A DNA stretch of 64,000 nucleotides, taken from positions 68,262,001-68,326,000 of the forward strand of contig NC_043005.1 in assembly GCF_006345805.1 (NCBI RefSeq). Direction: 5' to 3'. Origin of the DNA: Octopus sinensis (lineage: Eukaryota). The first letter of the stretch is position 1; the number at the start of each line of letters is the position of its first letter. The position numbers and the translations under genes are program-made. The notes beneath the pieces are model-generated. The model saw nothing but the letters and a program-made list of their open reading frames with translations, was not told where the DNA came from and made no database searches. This document shows positions 37,309-51,116 of the stretch, piece by piece.

Positions 37309-38159
37309 GGTACTATTTTATCAGCTATAATCTACAGAACTAGGAAAAGCAGAATTTATCTCGGCGAGATTGCATTTAAAACGTAAAGGGACATAACCAA
37401 ACATCGCAATGCGTTTTTTTTTTCTTTATCTATCTCCATTCCGTCGATTCCTTCAGACATTTGGACAAAACTGTGAATATTTTTTCTGAAATAGGATATC
37501 ACACGTCCTTTGTGGCCCGCAAATGAAAGAAAGTGGTTTTGTTGCCTCGGTGCGCCTTTGTCACTCAGGTCCGTCGAAGGATATTCAGGCGTGAATGAAA
37601 CAATTATGAAATGGAAGAACGAAGGAAGTAAAATGAAAAAGAACAATAATAGCATCGACAACATTAATTACTTTCACTTAATTATTCTTTCTCGTTTAAC
37701 TTCTTTCGTTTTTCCCTTTTTCTTTTATTCCTATCTGGTTCTTTCATCCCTTTCGGGATCGATGGAAGAAGTACCAGCTGAACACTACGGTCACTGTAAT
37801 CGACTTAGCCTTCCTACGAAATTGCTGGCCTTGGGCAAAAATTTGGAAATATGATTAATCGCCACCATAATCATCATCGTCATCATCATCAGCGTCGTAG
37901 TCGTCACTTTGATGGCAAATATGGAGAGAGTGATAATGATGATGATGATGATGATGAGGAGGAGGAGGAGGACGGTAATAATAGGGATTATGAAGGTGGT
38001 GTGGTGATGATGACACCGGCAGCTATGTGCAGTTGTTACTGCTGGGGAAGGTCTTTTCGTTTTCAATCACGTCCCATCTCGTCAATTTACCACTTTATTT
38101 ATTACCACTACTCACGTGACACTATCACAACCTGAATCAACTCCACGACAACAACGACG

Positions 38160-38250
38160 ATGACGACGACGACGACGACCACCACCACCACCACCGCCTC
38201 CGCTGCCGCCACCATCAGCATCACCATTACCACCATAACCATTCTCAACG

Positions 38251-38286
<36 letters not shown>

Positions 38287-38287
38287 C

Positions 38288-38327
<40 letters not shown>

Positions 38328-38430
38328 TTACTACTATTACTACTACTACTACCACCACCACCACCACCACCACTACCACCACCACCACCACCACTACTAC
38401 TACTACTACTACCACCACCACCATCACTAC
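38160..38430. repeat. Compound (CGA)/(CCA)/(CTA) trinucleotide tract
   Basis: Direct inspection. Confidence 0.95.
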
Positions 38431-38789
38431 ATTTAGCTCCTCGCTTTTCTTATTCTTCCTATCTTCCTTGTTTTTCTTTCCATTCTTCTTCTTTTTCTTC
38501 TTCTCCTTCACCCCTTCCTCTTTTCTGTCTTCTACATCCCTATGTAAATTCTCTTCTTCTCACCCCCACCTCACCTTTCTCAACCACTATCACACCGTTC
38601 TCCCATCAACTTCTTTACCCAACTGTTCCTAAGATATAATTGCCAATATTGAAATCTCTCTTCACGAAACTGAGCACGTGATTCTACTCCAGAACATTCG
38701 GGAATCTCTTAATGCTTCGGTTCGATGCGGAGTATCTATTGATTAGTGCTTAACATTTTCCATGTTGTTGTTGTTGTTGTGATTAATGT

Positions 38790-38942
38790 TGATACATCTT
38801 CACACACACACACACACACACATACATACAAGTGCACACTTACACACGCACACACACACAGATACACACACACATTTACGTTCCTACATTTCAGCACGTG
38901 TGTGTCCATATAAATTTATGTATGTAAATATGTGTGTGTATG

Positions 38943-38996
<54 letters not shown>

Positions 38997-39000
38997 GCAA

Positions 39001-39032
<32 letters not shown>

Positions 39033-39112
39033 GTATAAATTTATTGTGCAAATATATATATATATATACATATGTATATATGTATGTATATATATACATA
39101 TATACATACATA

Positions 39113-39166
<54 letters not shown>

Positions 39167-39264
39167 AATATATACATATATGCGCATATAATATATATAT
39201 ATGTAAATATATACATATATGCGCATATATATATATACATATATATGTAAATACATACATATAT

Positions 39265-39308
<44 letters not shown>

Positions 39309-39380
39309 GGTACATATATATGCATATATATAAATATAATACATATATATAATACACACACACACATATATTAATAGGTG
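38790..39380. repeat. Large compound (CA)/(TA) microsatellite with internal minisatellite units
   Basis: Direct inspection. Repeated units attgtgcaaatata.. and tgtaaatatatacatatatgcgcat. Confidence 0.95.
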
Positions 39381-39905
39381 TATACAAACAGGTTTATATA
39401 TCTATATGAGTGTGTGTATATATGTATGTATGTTTACTTGCTGTTAATATCTGTTTCGCGTGTGGTTTATTTAATAGGAGAGGTGGTGACGGTAGGGAGG
39501 CAGTCACGCCTTCTAAAGACCGAAAGTATTAATACCAATAGTTATATCCCTAGGGAGGAACAGGTATGCTTGTTTTAGGTAGACGGATTGGCATTTATGG
39601 AGCATTTGTGGCACAGAGGGAGTGCGATGCGAGTGTTGATAGATGTTCGCGTATATATGTGTGCGCATATATGGAATACATACATACATACATATATAAA
39701 CACATATGCAAATATATGTATGCGAGTGTAATTATACGTAAGGTATATATCTGTCAATCTCTCTATATTTACATAATCATGCATACATGCATACATACAT
39801 AGATATATATACAAACATACAAAGAAACATACGTACGTACATACATACATGCATGCATACATACATACATACATACATACATACATACATACATACATAC
39901 ATACA

Positions 39906-39939
<34 letters not shown>

Positions 39940-40795
39940 CATACATACATACATACGTATATGCATATATACGTACCTACTTACATTTTTATAGAATTTC
40001 TTGTTTGTTTCCAAAAACAGCCTTGGAAATAGACAGAAAAAAATCAGACACTGAAGCCTTTTATATATTATTTGTGTGACTAGTTTACAGAATGAATTCT
40101 GTTTCGATTCTAATCTGTTCACCAGGCTCCTTTCCCAAATCTAATATATATATTTTTGTGCATTGTTGAGGAAATGCTGGAAGTAGGGAATGTATATACA
40201 TGGATAATAACAGGAATAGTAGCTTACTGGTAAGGCACGGTCGTTATGTATTTGGTAAATGAAAGACAGAAATAGGAATATACGAGATTTTATTATTAAT
40301 TACAGTTGTTTTGACATATCTAGCATCGATCCCTTACTGGTGGGACACTCAGCAACTGGTTCAGGAACATCCGGTGGTGCAGATGTGTTTCATCGGGTGA
40401 TAATTTCGTTAAAATAACGGTTCCGTAATGTATCTTCTTATTTCGTAGAAAAGCAGCAAGACAAATGAAATATGTTCATTTACATAGAAAACAAAATAAA
40501 ACAAAAAAAAACATTACAGATGCAAAAAAAAGAAACGAATACGCAATACAGAGTGTATGTATGTATGTATGATTGTATGTATGTATGTATGTATGTATGT
40601 ATGTATGTATGTATGTATGTATGTATGTATGTATGTATGTATGTATCCCTCTATCTCTCTATCTATCTATTTATAATTATGTCAGTTTGCGTATGAACAA
40701 CAGTGCAGTTGGTTATAGGATCCCAAAATGGAATTTCAATACTTTTCTCGCTGTATTGCATGTTCGTTTCTTCTCAAACACACACACACACATAT

Positions 40796-40837
<42 letters not shown>

Positions 40838-41239
40838 ATACGCATATGTACATACATCTATACGAATATAAATATGCATATGTGGGCACATGACGTCATG
40901 AAACGTGTACAACAAAAAAGTACTAAGCACGAGTTCATGGAACATGAACTATTCTTTCGAACAACGAAAGACACAAATGGAAAACAAAACAAACAACATA
41001 AAGAACGACCCTTCATCAGTTGTTGGCTGTTTTTCTACAACAGGACAGTGAAAACAAGTAGGAAGGGATGCTAAACCTACAGGAGGTTGTGGTGGCGAAT
41101 GCATAAATCAAGCTAGGACAGGAGACAAACAAGAACACGTCTTCGGAGAGAAAGAAAGAAGTTTGGGCGATGGTCACGTGGGAGCCACGTACACGCACAA
41201 ACACACACACACACACGCGTACCCCCCGCCCCACATATA

Positions 41240-41400
41240 TGCGCAGGCGTGGCTGTATGGTAAGTAGCTTGCTTACCAACCACATGGTTCTGGGTTGAGT
41301 CCCACTGCGTGGCACCTTGGTCAAGTGTCTTCTATTATAGCCTCGGGTTGACGAAAGCCTTGTGAGTGGATTTGGTAGACGCAAACTGAAAGAAACCTTC

Positions 41401-41467
<67 letters not shown>

Positions 41468-41471
41468 TATA

Positions 41472-41519
<48 letters not shown>

Positions 41520-41630
41520 TTCTGTGTTTGTCTAGGCTTACAAAGAATAAGTCTTGGGGTCGATTTGTTCAACTAAAGCGGTGCTCCAGCGTGGCCTCAG
41601 TCAAATGGCTGAAACAAATAAAAGAATAAA
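41240..41630 (+). mobile_element. SINE family A
   Basis: Head ggcgtggctgtatggtaagtagc, internal (TA)n, partly deleted 3' half. Confidence 0.85.
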
Positions 41631-42267
41631 ATAATAGAATGTCTCCAAAAAGGTATGCACACCATGACAGATGAATTTTCATTTCTTGTCAGATTTAACC
41701 CGTTAGAAATAATGATGAGATCCAAATTAAGCTTCGATCAAAGTGAGCTTGAAAATGTAGTGGAGGTGCAAATATGTTTTAGGAGGGAGTTTCAAACTAT
41801 CTGCCTACGTGACTTACCCTCACTTGGATTAGAGGTAAGTTTGAAGCGGGTGGAACTGTGTAGAATCTCTACAGGAACCGTTCCTGAAGCTCACGTGTAG
41901 AGATGAGCCCCAGAAAGCAAGAAAGGTTAATAGAAAACCTACATCAGTAGAATTATTTTGATGGGAATGCATTAAATATAACGTTTAGAGTGCAAATCTG
42001 ACATCAGTGAGTGAATTTAGGCTGCCATTGAACGAGAATGCGTACAAATATCAAACGAAATGGTCCTTGTTTGCAATTCCATTCCTTCATAAAAACAGCG
42101 CCTGAACCAGAAAGGGTCATCGGTATGAAAATAGGCGTTCATAAAAAAAAACAAAACATAAGTAAATATATAAATTCTGTTTGTATATTCTATTAAATAT
42201 TGAAAATGAAATATATTTTAGCAGGCATTGATTTTATGATGTGTGAATTCATTTTTTTCGACATCTG

Positions 42268-42299
<32 letters not shown>

Positions 42300-43069
42300 T
42301 GTATGTATGTATGTATGTATGTATGTATGTATGTAGTATGTATGTATGTATGTATTTATATACATATATAGACATATATATATATACGCACATATATATA
42401 CACACACATACATATATATATACAAATATAAACACACATATATATATATTATACACACACATACATATATATATATATGTATATGCATATATTTATATAT
42501 ATATATATATGTATATGTTTGTGTGGTGTGTTTGTGTTTGTGTGTTTCTGTGTGTTAGTGTGCGTTAGTGTGTGTTGATGTATGTATGTATATGTTTATT
42601 AGTAGTTATGTATTAGTACACCTTTACTGTCAATGATGACAGTAAAAATATTTATCTTAAGAATTGAGGAAAACAATGAAAAAAATTTTAATACGTAAAT
42701 CTAAGTTTATACTTAAAGCTATTTTCATACAACATTCCTTTCAATGAAAATATAAAAGAGAAAAACATGTATCTGTGACATATTTAATAAAACAGATCTA
42801 ACACTAAAAATTTAAATGAGTTTGGAGAAGTTATCAGGCAGTAAAATTGTGCAGCTGGTCTTTGCAGTTAGTCTTTAATTCAATATTTCTTTCATTACTA
42901 TATTTCTATTAATGAAAAATGTTTTCAGAAAATAAACTTGTAATATTTTCATGAGTAGTTTTAAACTATTTATAATTCATGATCTACGGAGCGGTACATA
43001 GAGTTATTTGTTAGGCAGAAGAAGCCAATTATACTCCCAGGTCAACAATTGAATCACACTACTGCTATC

Positions 43070-43237
43070 TAGCAGGCCATGCTACTCCAGACTGATGACG
43101 AGCAAAGACTCAGAAACTAGTCTCTGGTTGCGGGCTTAGCTGGGTGGAGGTGCTTGTCTCCCCCTTGTAAACATAAGGACACAGGAAATGTGTCAAGGCT
43201 GACAGGAAGCAGTAGTGTGATTCCCTTCATGGGACTG

Positions 43238-43238
<1 letters not shown>
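43070..43238 (+). mobile_element. Short hammerhead-bearing element next to (CA)n
   Basis: Hammerhead at 43087-43127: CCAGA-CUGAUGA-C-GAG-caaaga-CUC-A-GAA-ACUAGU-C-UCUGG. A related copy lies reversed at 58610-58790. Confidence 0.85.
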
Positions 43239-43312
<74 letters not shown>

Positions 43313-43589
43313 CAGACACACGCACATACATATATATATACATACATACATACACACATACACACACACATACACACACATATATATAGTATCCCATGAT
43401 GTTCCTATGAGAGTATGTTTAAATTGCGAGGCAATTTACATCAATTTGCGGTTCGGCAAAAAGGGACCGATAGAATAAGTCCTAGGCTTACAAAGAATAA
43501 GTCCTGGGCTGGATTTGCTGCAGTAAAGTCGGTGCTCCAGCATGGTCGCAGTGAAATGGCTGAAACAAGCGAAAAATATATATGTGTGT

Positions 43590-43752
43590 GTATCTCACGT
43601 GATCATGTGACCCACCAGATTTATTAGATTTCGTTACACATCGCTGGTCACAATATGATTTAGCCTTCGAATGATGCTACTTCGCCCGCTCTGGGAATCG
43701 AATCCAGGATCTAGCAGTTGTAAGTGCAACAACCTTACCGCTAGGCCACTCA
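43590..43752 (-). mobile_element. tRNA-derived SINE (additional family)
   Basis: Minus strand agtggcctagcggtaagg...ggattcgattccc gives A and B boxes, followed by a unique body. Confidence 0.65.
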
Positions 43753-44066
43753 CTTGCACTCACTCCCACACACACAAACACACACACACATATATACACA
43801 CACAAATTCATAGACACATCAAAAATGTCTTAGGGGGTCATATACCAAACATCAACATTGATTAACAAATCCACATGTCACAAGTATTACGATATCACAG
43901 GATATCACTGATGGAAAGGAACAAAGTGTTGGAGTAGCTAACTTAATACCAACTGTTTAAGCACTCAAAGAATATGGATACAAGGTTTCAAGTAATCAAG
44001 CTATAGAATTTTAATATTACTTGGTAACTCCTGTAAGAAAACTTATACTGCTTGTCAGAAAATTTA

Positions 44067-44567
44067 CCGTAAATCCTCGTGTATAATCCGCATTTCCCCA
44101 CCAAAATTTAAAGGTCAAAATCCCTAGTGCGTACTATATACGAGGTTAAAAATGAAAAATATTTTCTAAGCAATGTCCGAGTCTCTATTGCTGTCCGGCA
44201 ATGTTTATTAGACGCATTTTGTGATGTAGGGCGCGAAAACTACCTTAAGCTAAGCCTGAAAGCAATGAAGTCATAAAAGAATCATCTATAACTTGCAGTA
44301 AGCAACATTTATTAAACGTTATTACTGTTATTTCTTTATTTTCTGCAAACAAAATGCACAAAAATGCTACACGTTTGTATTATGTTATATATGCAATAAT
44401 AATAAAGGAGGTTACCGTATACATTTTTACAAACAAAGGACGTTATATAGACCACCTTGACTCAAGTTAGAGAAGAGGTGCGTATCGTACACAAGGTTTA
44501 AGTTTTTCAGAAGTACAGCCCCCTAAAAATCCCCTGCTCAAGGGTGGACTATACTCGAGGAATACGG
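44067..44567. mobile_element. 501-bp non-autonomous Tc1/mariner-superfamily (Tc2-like) MITE
   Basis: TA|ccgtaaatcctcgtgtataatcc ... ggactatactcgaggaatacgg|TA: imperfect ~23-bp TIRs, TA duplication, no ORF. Confidence 0.85.
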
Positions 44568-45564
44568 TAGTTAAAGGCAGAAGGCAATGACTCCAGATTG
44601 TTTCAGCTATTTTATATCATGAAATATTCTCAAAATGATTGACTTGCATTGTGAGAGCCAGAAAGCGCAAAGCCACACAATTAGAGAAATGTGTGAAGTT
44701 GGTTATATCAACTTCTTATTTGACTGAAGCACATACTTTATTGATTCGTGGAAGGACAGACGGCAAAGTTGACCGCAGTGGGTTGTGATCTCAAAATATA
44801 AAGAGACTTAATTAAATAAAACGTTGTATTTCACCATATAAACATGAAAATTAATATACATATCAGTACACACTCAAACACACATATATTTAATATAAGC
44901 CACATTTACTTACGTAGCTGTGCATATATATGTGTATGGTGTGTGCGTGCGTGTGTGTGTGTGTGTAAGTGTATTTATAAACTCGTTTTATGAACATTTC
45001 AAACCGAAATATAATAAAAGCAAAATTATATATCTATGATTGATAAAAGCGCGATCATATACCTATATTTACATATATTCGTATGTATAAAGCTACTCAA
45101 TCGCATGTACATAGTAGCACGCCTACATGTCTCGTACACACATGCTGACACATATATTGGAGATGTGAAATGGAATTAGGTCGTTGGTCAATACAAATTA
45201 GGTCAGTTGTATATTCCACTATAGGTAGTTATAAACAGTTTTAATCTCTTTTCTGTTAGAGGAAATATAAAGAGAATAATACAGTTGAATGTATATGACC
45301 TTATAGAGAGACATAACATTAAAGTTGATTTATAGACTGTCAATTTTCAGCGCTGCCACTGCATGAATTGAGGAAGTAAGGGAGGAAGAAAAAAAAGGTG
45401 GGGAGAGATAGAGAGTGTGGTTAGAAAAGAGAACAAACCATTTGCAATCGTTTTGTAAAGCTGTATGTCCATTATATGTTTCATTGACTTCTTTGGTCTA
45501 GAAATTTCTGGAAACACGTGGAGGCTAACAATAAGAAAAAAAAAAAAAGATATATTTACACGCA

Positions 45565-45711
45565 TAGTAAGTAGCTTGCTTACCAGCCACATGGTTCCGG
45601 GTTCAGTCCCACTACGTGGCACCTTGGGCAAGTGTCTTCTACTATAGCCTCGGGCCGACTAAAGCCTTGTGAGAGGATTTGGTAGACGGAAACTGAAAGA
45701 AGACCGCCGTA

Positions 45712-45752
<41 letters not shown>

Positions 45753-45958
45753 TTGTGTGTCTGTGTTTGTCCCCCAAACATCGCTTGACAACCGATGCCA
45801 GTGTGTTTACGTGCCCGTAACTTAGCGGTTCGGCAATTGAGACCGATAGAATAAGTACTAAGCTTACGAAGAATAAGTCCTGGAGTCGATTTCTTCGACT
45901 AAAGGCAGTGCTCCAGTATGGCCGCAGTCAAATGACTGAAACAAGTAAAAGAGTAAAA
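45565..45958 (+). mobile_element. SINE family A, slightly 5'-truncated
   Basis: Match from tagtaagtagcttgc to the gagtaaaa tail. Confidence 0.9.
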
Positions 45959-47152
45959 CCGTATGCATATGTATACACACACTCACTCTCCTTTCTTTGT
46001 CTCTTATCTCTCTCTCCCTTTCGTCTGTCTGCTTGCTCATTCTCTCTCTCTATCTCTCTCTCTCTCCGGGCTCTACGTGCGTGCCTGTATTTAGTGGCTC
46101 GATTCCAAAACGGTTGTTTGGCTGCCTCACATTACTAGAAAGCCTATGATGGCGTATTTATTTAATCAAGTTTTATGTGTTGCAAAATAAGAACGAAGAA
46201 ACTTGTTTTGGTTGTATTTTATGAAGATAAAGTCACTGTCTGATAGTGAATCGTTCTTTGTTCTTTTTTCTAAAACTTGCTTGGTACACCTCTTTAGATG
46301 TTACAGTTGTTTCTAGTCATCCACAGTTCATTGCTCCGGTTGCACAAAAAAATCTGAGTGATTTTTTAGATAAACCAGAAAGAGCAGTAAAAACTCTCTC
46401 AAATCATACTTTGCTACCTTTTCAATGACCTGATAAAATGATACGCTGATCACAGCTAGAATACCTTCAGAAAAAACTTAATACTTAACAAAAGTAAGTA
46501 CAATTATTTCTCAAAATCAACCCTTACATCATTGATACATTATTTATTAAATAGCAGCCAAACCTCCCTCAATCATTGATGAATATAAGGAGCAGTTTAT
46601 GAAGCTGTGTGTCTATTATGTTTTATTTACTTTCTTCGTCTAGAAATTTCTAGAAACACAAGGAGGCTAACAATAAGAAAAACCATACAAACACGCACCC
46701 ATATAGACACACACACTCTCTCTCTCTCTCTCTCTTTTCTTTTTCCTTTCTCTTACTTCCCTTTGTCTAATTCTCTCTCTCAGGGACCTACGCGCCAGCC
46801 TATATTTAGTGGGTTGATTCCACAAGAGTGTTCCTCTGATTTTCAGCTTATATAGAGGATGGTTAATCATGCCTGATCCTGCCTTCCAGCCTCAGGCCTC
46901 TTGAACCTTACCGAACTACACCTACTAATATCCATTTCTTTCAATGTCCTCAATTCACACATTAACGTCTTTACGCAAAACGTTATAGACACCGGCCAAT
47001 GCAATCATAGATATCTAAAGATAAATAAATAAAAAAAGGAATATTCACAACTTGAAGGTTGTTGCTATTACTGCTTCTGCTGCTGTCGTTGTTGTTGTTG
47101 TTGTAGTTGCTGCTTTCCTCGCCCCAATTGGCATTTAATGTTACTATTTAAG

Positions 47153-47290
47153 CTAAGTGGTCGTCCGAACGCAACGTATGTTGATCAACGCACCAGAGGC
47201 ACTGGATGCTTCCCCGAAGACCTCCCTCAACTAATGCAGGTCCAAGATGGATGGCGCGTGCGGGTTAAAAATGCTTAAGCAAGCTGGATG
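47153..47290 (+). pseudogene. RTE-clade LINE 3' end with an expanded (GAT/GGT)n tail to ~47625
   Basis: LSGRPNATYVDQRTRGTGCFPEDLPQLMQVQDGWRVRVKN, like GRPxxTYxDQLxxDTG...EDLxxxMxDRxxWRxRV, immediately followed by the trinucleotide tract. Confidence 0.65.
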
Positions 47291-47333
47291 GTGATGATGG
47301 TGACGGTGATGGTGGTGATGATGATGATGGTGG

Positions 47334-47364
<31 letters not shown>

Positions 47365-47904
47365 GGTGGTGATGATGATGGTGGTGATGATGATGGTGGT
47401 GATGATGATGATGGTGGTGATGATGATGGTGGTGATGATGATGATGATGATGGTGGTGATGATGATGATGATGGTGATGATGTTGATGGCGATGATGGCG
47501 ATGATGACATGATGATGATGGCGATGATGATGGCGATGATGATGGCGATGATGATGGCGATGACGATGACGATGACGATGACGATGGCGATGACGATGAC
47601 GATGATGATGATGATGATGATGATGATTTAAATGGCAGAATGTATTCGGCTCAAATTGATTTGTTTGAAGTTGGCCGTGCATGGCAAGCACAGAGGTGCA
47701 ATTCGCTTCTCGCTCTGAACGCATTTGTACACCGAAACGGTGATCCATTGAAACCAGCAATTTTGATTGGAGATCTAATCGATCAGGGATCGACCTTGGG
47801 TGAAACAACAATAGCAACAACAATATTTGGAGGAAGTAAAAGAAGCAGGAGCAAGCAACTGTCTTGCAACATATTGGGTTAAATTTGATGGATTCTTTGT
47901 GTGT

Positions 47905-48135
47905 GTGTGTATATCAACGTGTCTGTATTTGTCCTCCACCACCGCTTGGCAACCGGTGTTGGTGTGTTTATGTCCCCATAACCTAGCAGTTCGGCAAAAT
48001 AGACCGACAGAATAAGTAATCGGCTTAAAACATAAGTCCTGGGGACGATCTGTTCGACTGAAATCATTCGAGGCGGTTCTCCAGCATGGCCGCAGCGAAA
48101 GGATTGAAGCAAACAGTAGAATAAAAGAATAAAAG
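47905..48135 (+). mobile_element. SINE family A, 3' half
   Basis: tgtcctccaccaccgcttggcaaccggtgttggtgtgttta...ccagcatggccgcag match. Confidence 0.75.
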
Positions 48136-48299
48136 AATATTTAGAGATGCGTACATAGCACACTCAAACACACACACACACTCAAACAAACACACTGATA
48201 TTACATAGACACACGCACAGCACTCGCTCAGGTATTTCCTCGGATTTGATTTTCCACTAATGTACAAGGAATGAAGTTTTAGGCTTTCAGCTAAGATCG

Positions 48300-48560
48300 A
48301 AGTGTATTACTAAATCCATGAATATTGAGATATCCATGCATTTCTATGAGATATACGACATAAAAGTACTTTTACAAATGACAAGGATGTTATCTGAAGT
48401 GGACTCAATAATATTATCTTTCATGATACACCATAACGCGATACGTATATCGCTTTCAGGCATAGCTGCAATATTGAAACCTGCCATTTTCAAACACATT
48501 TATTCGCTTTTGTGGTGGGCTAGATATGAAAAGACAGCAACTGGATATGTAGATTACCGA
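48300..48560 (+). repeat. Dispersed direct repeat, copy 1 (copy 2 at ~54037-54316)
   Basis: Colinear from gtgtattactaaatccatgaatattga to gatatgtagattacc, roughly 80% identical by eye. Confidence 0.8.
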
Positions 48561-48572
48561 AGTAATATATAT

Positions 48573-48624
<52 letters not shown>

Positions 48625-48669
48625 CATACGTACATATATACATATATATATATATATATATACATACAT

Positions 48670-48710
<41 letters not shown>

Positions 48711-48792
48711 TATATATTAGATATATATTTATATATATGTATATACTTACATACATACGTATGTCACACATATATACACATATGGATATACA

Positions 48793-48828
<36 letters not shown>

Positions 48829-49933
48829 CGTATATATTATACTTTAGACACACTCACACATACATAAACACACATATGTCCATAGAAATGCACAGGCATG
48901 CATATATTTATATACATACATAGAAATATTGGAATAGACATGAATATATATGAATTTCCTGTAAGGATAAGTGCAAACAGAATTTATAAATATGTATGTA
49001 TCATATTTATGTATAATGTTTATGTATTATGTATACACATTATATGTATACATAATTACGTGTATATATATATATATGTATGTATGCTTGCATTCATGTA
49101 TGTATGCATGCATGTATGTATGTATGTATGTATGTATGTATGTATGTTTGCATGCATGTATGTAGTCTAATTAAGAGAGTTGTAATGTCAAACCAATTTG
49201 GCTACAGCGTCAACCATTGTGCTTGCATTTTGTTTCGTCTCTTTACATTCTGTGTTCAAATCCCTCCGAAGTCAATGTTGCAGTTCATCCCTCGAAAGGC
49301 AACGTAATAAAGCACGAAGCATATACTAGAGTCGATGGTATCGACATACTCCACCACCACTCTCAATATTGCTGGTCTTGTGCCTAAATCAGTAATAATT
49401 ATTTTATTATTACTAGATTGTTTTAAGTAATGAGTTAGCAGAATTGAGAGACAAAATGCCTCGCCTTATTTCTTTCGGCTTTACATTCTACGTTCAAATT
49501 CCTCCACGGTCGACTTTGTCTTTCACCCTTTAGGGGTCGATAAAGTAAGCACCAGCTGAACACTGGAGTCGATGACAGGTAACTTTGGAAGGAGACTTTC
49601 GCCATCATAGGTATTATCAGGAAATTATAGCATACACATAATAATTATAATGTAACTGTTATAATATTTCTTAGTTACAAAATATTTAGTCGCCTAAAGT
49701 TAAATTGGAAAGCATAAATTTCTCATTTGTATAGTTGCAATAAATGTTATTATTTTAAAAATCTTATCGATTTAATCGCATTCTACACCATCAAGAACCT
49801 ATTTTTGCAACATTTCATTAAAATAAGTGTGTCTTTCGGAAAGTTGCAAGAATCAAGATAGTTGGTAGGAAGCATTTTTCCCCGGCGTGTTAACAATTCT
49901 GCCATCTCACCGCCTCTAAGAATAGTAACTTGC

Positions 49934-50004
49934 TTTCCTTGCAAGGAATCGAACCCTAATCTTCCGCATGAAGGCGGGTATACTTACCACTATACTACCG
50001 TGTT
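49934..50004 (-). pseudogene. tRNA-Asp-like pseudogene or SINE head
   Basis: Minus strand ..CGGTAGTATAGTGGTAAGTATACCCGCCT-TCATGCGGAAGATTAGGGTTCGATTCC aligns to eukaryotic tRNA-Asp(GTC). It has a 1-nt deletion in the anticodon loop and a broken acceptor stem. Confidence 0.7.
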
Positions 50005-51052
50005 TTCTATTTCACAAGGTTAGCATCTTAAATTTGAGCTTTCTAATCCTTAAATCCTTAAAAATGTTTTAGCCCGAAGGCCGCGGCCATGCTGGGGCAC
50101 CACCGTGTTTATGTTTTTTTAGCTTTGCTTATTTATTTGAAAATAATTTTGGGGTCGTTTGTTTCTGTTATTAAGGTAACTGCTACTGCCACTTTGACGA
50201 GAACCTCTTCCTCATATCATTGGGGCGTCCATCTTGCTGCATATATCAATCACTACAGTAAAAATGCTATTAGTCAACAATATGTAAACAGTTAATCATG
50301 TCTGAAAAGGAACCTTTGTCTTCTATCTCTGGTATGAAGCAGACCCTTAAACAACCCGAAAGCCTTCTGTTAGAAAGACTCTAATTAAAAATGAACTTTT
50401 TTTCATATGATAATTCGATTATACATTTGACATCCGTTCGCTCCAGCATTCAGCAACAACAGCATCAGAAGCAGCAGTCACAACAATAACAACAACAACA
50501 ACAACAACAACACTGATAATACTAATAAGCGATATTTACAGAAGTAATACAATTTCCGTAATCAGCAACTACGTTATCTAGATTAGATAGGTTTCCTTTT
50601 CATAATTTTAAATAAATATTGGTTAAATAGATAAATAATAAGAGACAAAAAATAAAACTGAAAAATTTAAATATCTAAAACATGTTTCAGTTGTGACGTC
50701 TTTCTTAAATGATAAAATATTCATAAATCACGAATGATTAAGGTGGAGTTTCGGTTGATTCTATATTCTGATTTCTCTTTCAAAAACAAAATCATGTGAT
50801 ACGTCGAAGACAGAATGGAAGGACAAAGTCAAAAGAGAAACACAAGAACAACAACAAACACAGAAACAAACAAACAACTGACTAGTTTTATTGTTCTAGA
50901 TGAATGTGACTTGCATCAAATATTAGCATTTATTGTAGGACGAGAAATATTTCTTATGAGATTTCCATTCCTCCTCTTCATCCTCCTGTTCTTCCCTCTT
51001 CTCCATCATCATCATCACCATCATCACCACCACCGCCACCACCACCACCACC

Positions 51053-51116
<64 letters not shown>

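Noticed and set aside
38160-38639. 159-aa poly-T/L/P ORF and similar poly-H, poly-I and poly-M ORFs (47265-47823, 50815-51234, 53069-53563)
   Set aside because: Trinucleotide repeat tracts stay open by composition; no domain signal.
39484-39540. GAAA followed by the palindrome GTATTAATAC, with an upstream hairpin
   Set aside because: The CUGANGA box matches only 5 of 7, U16.1 is absent, and there is no stem I. At best a dead relic.
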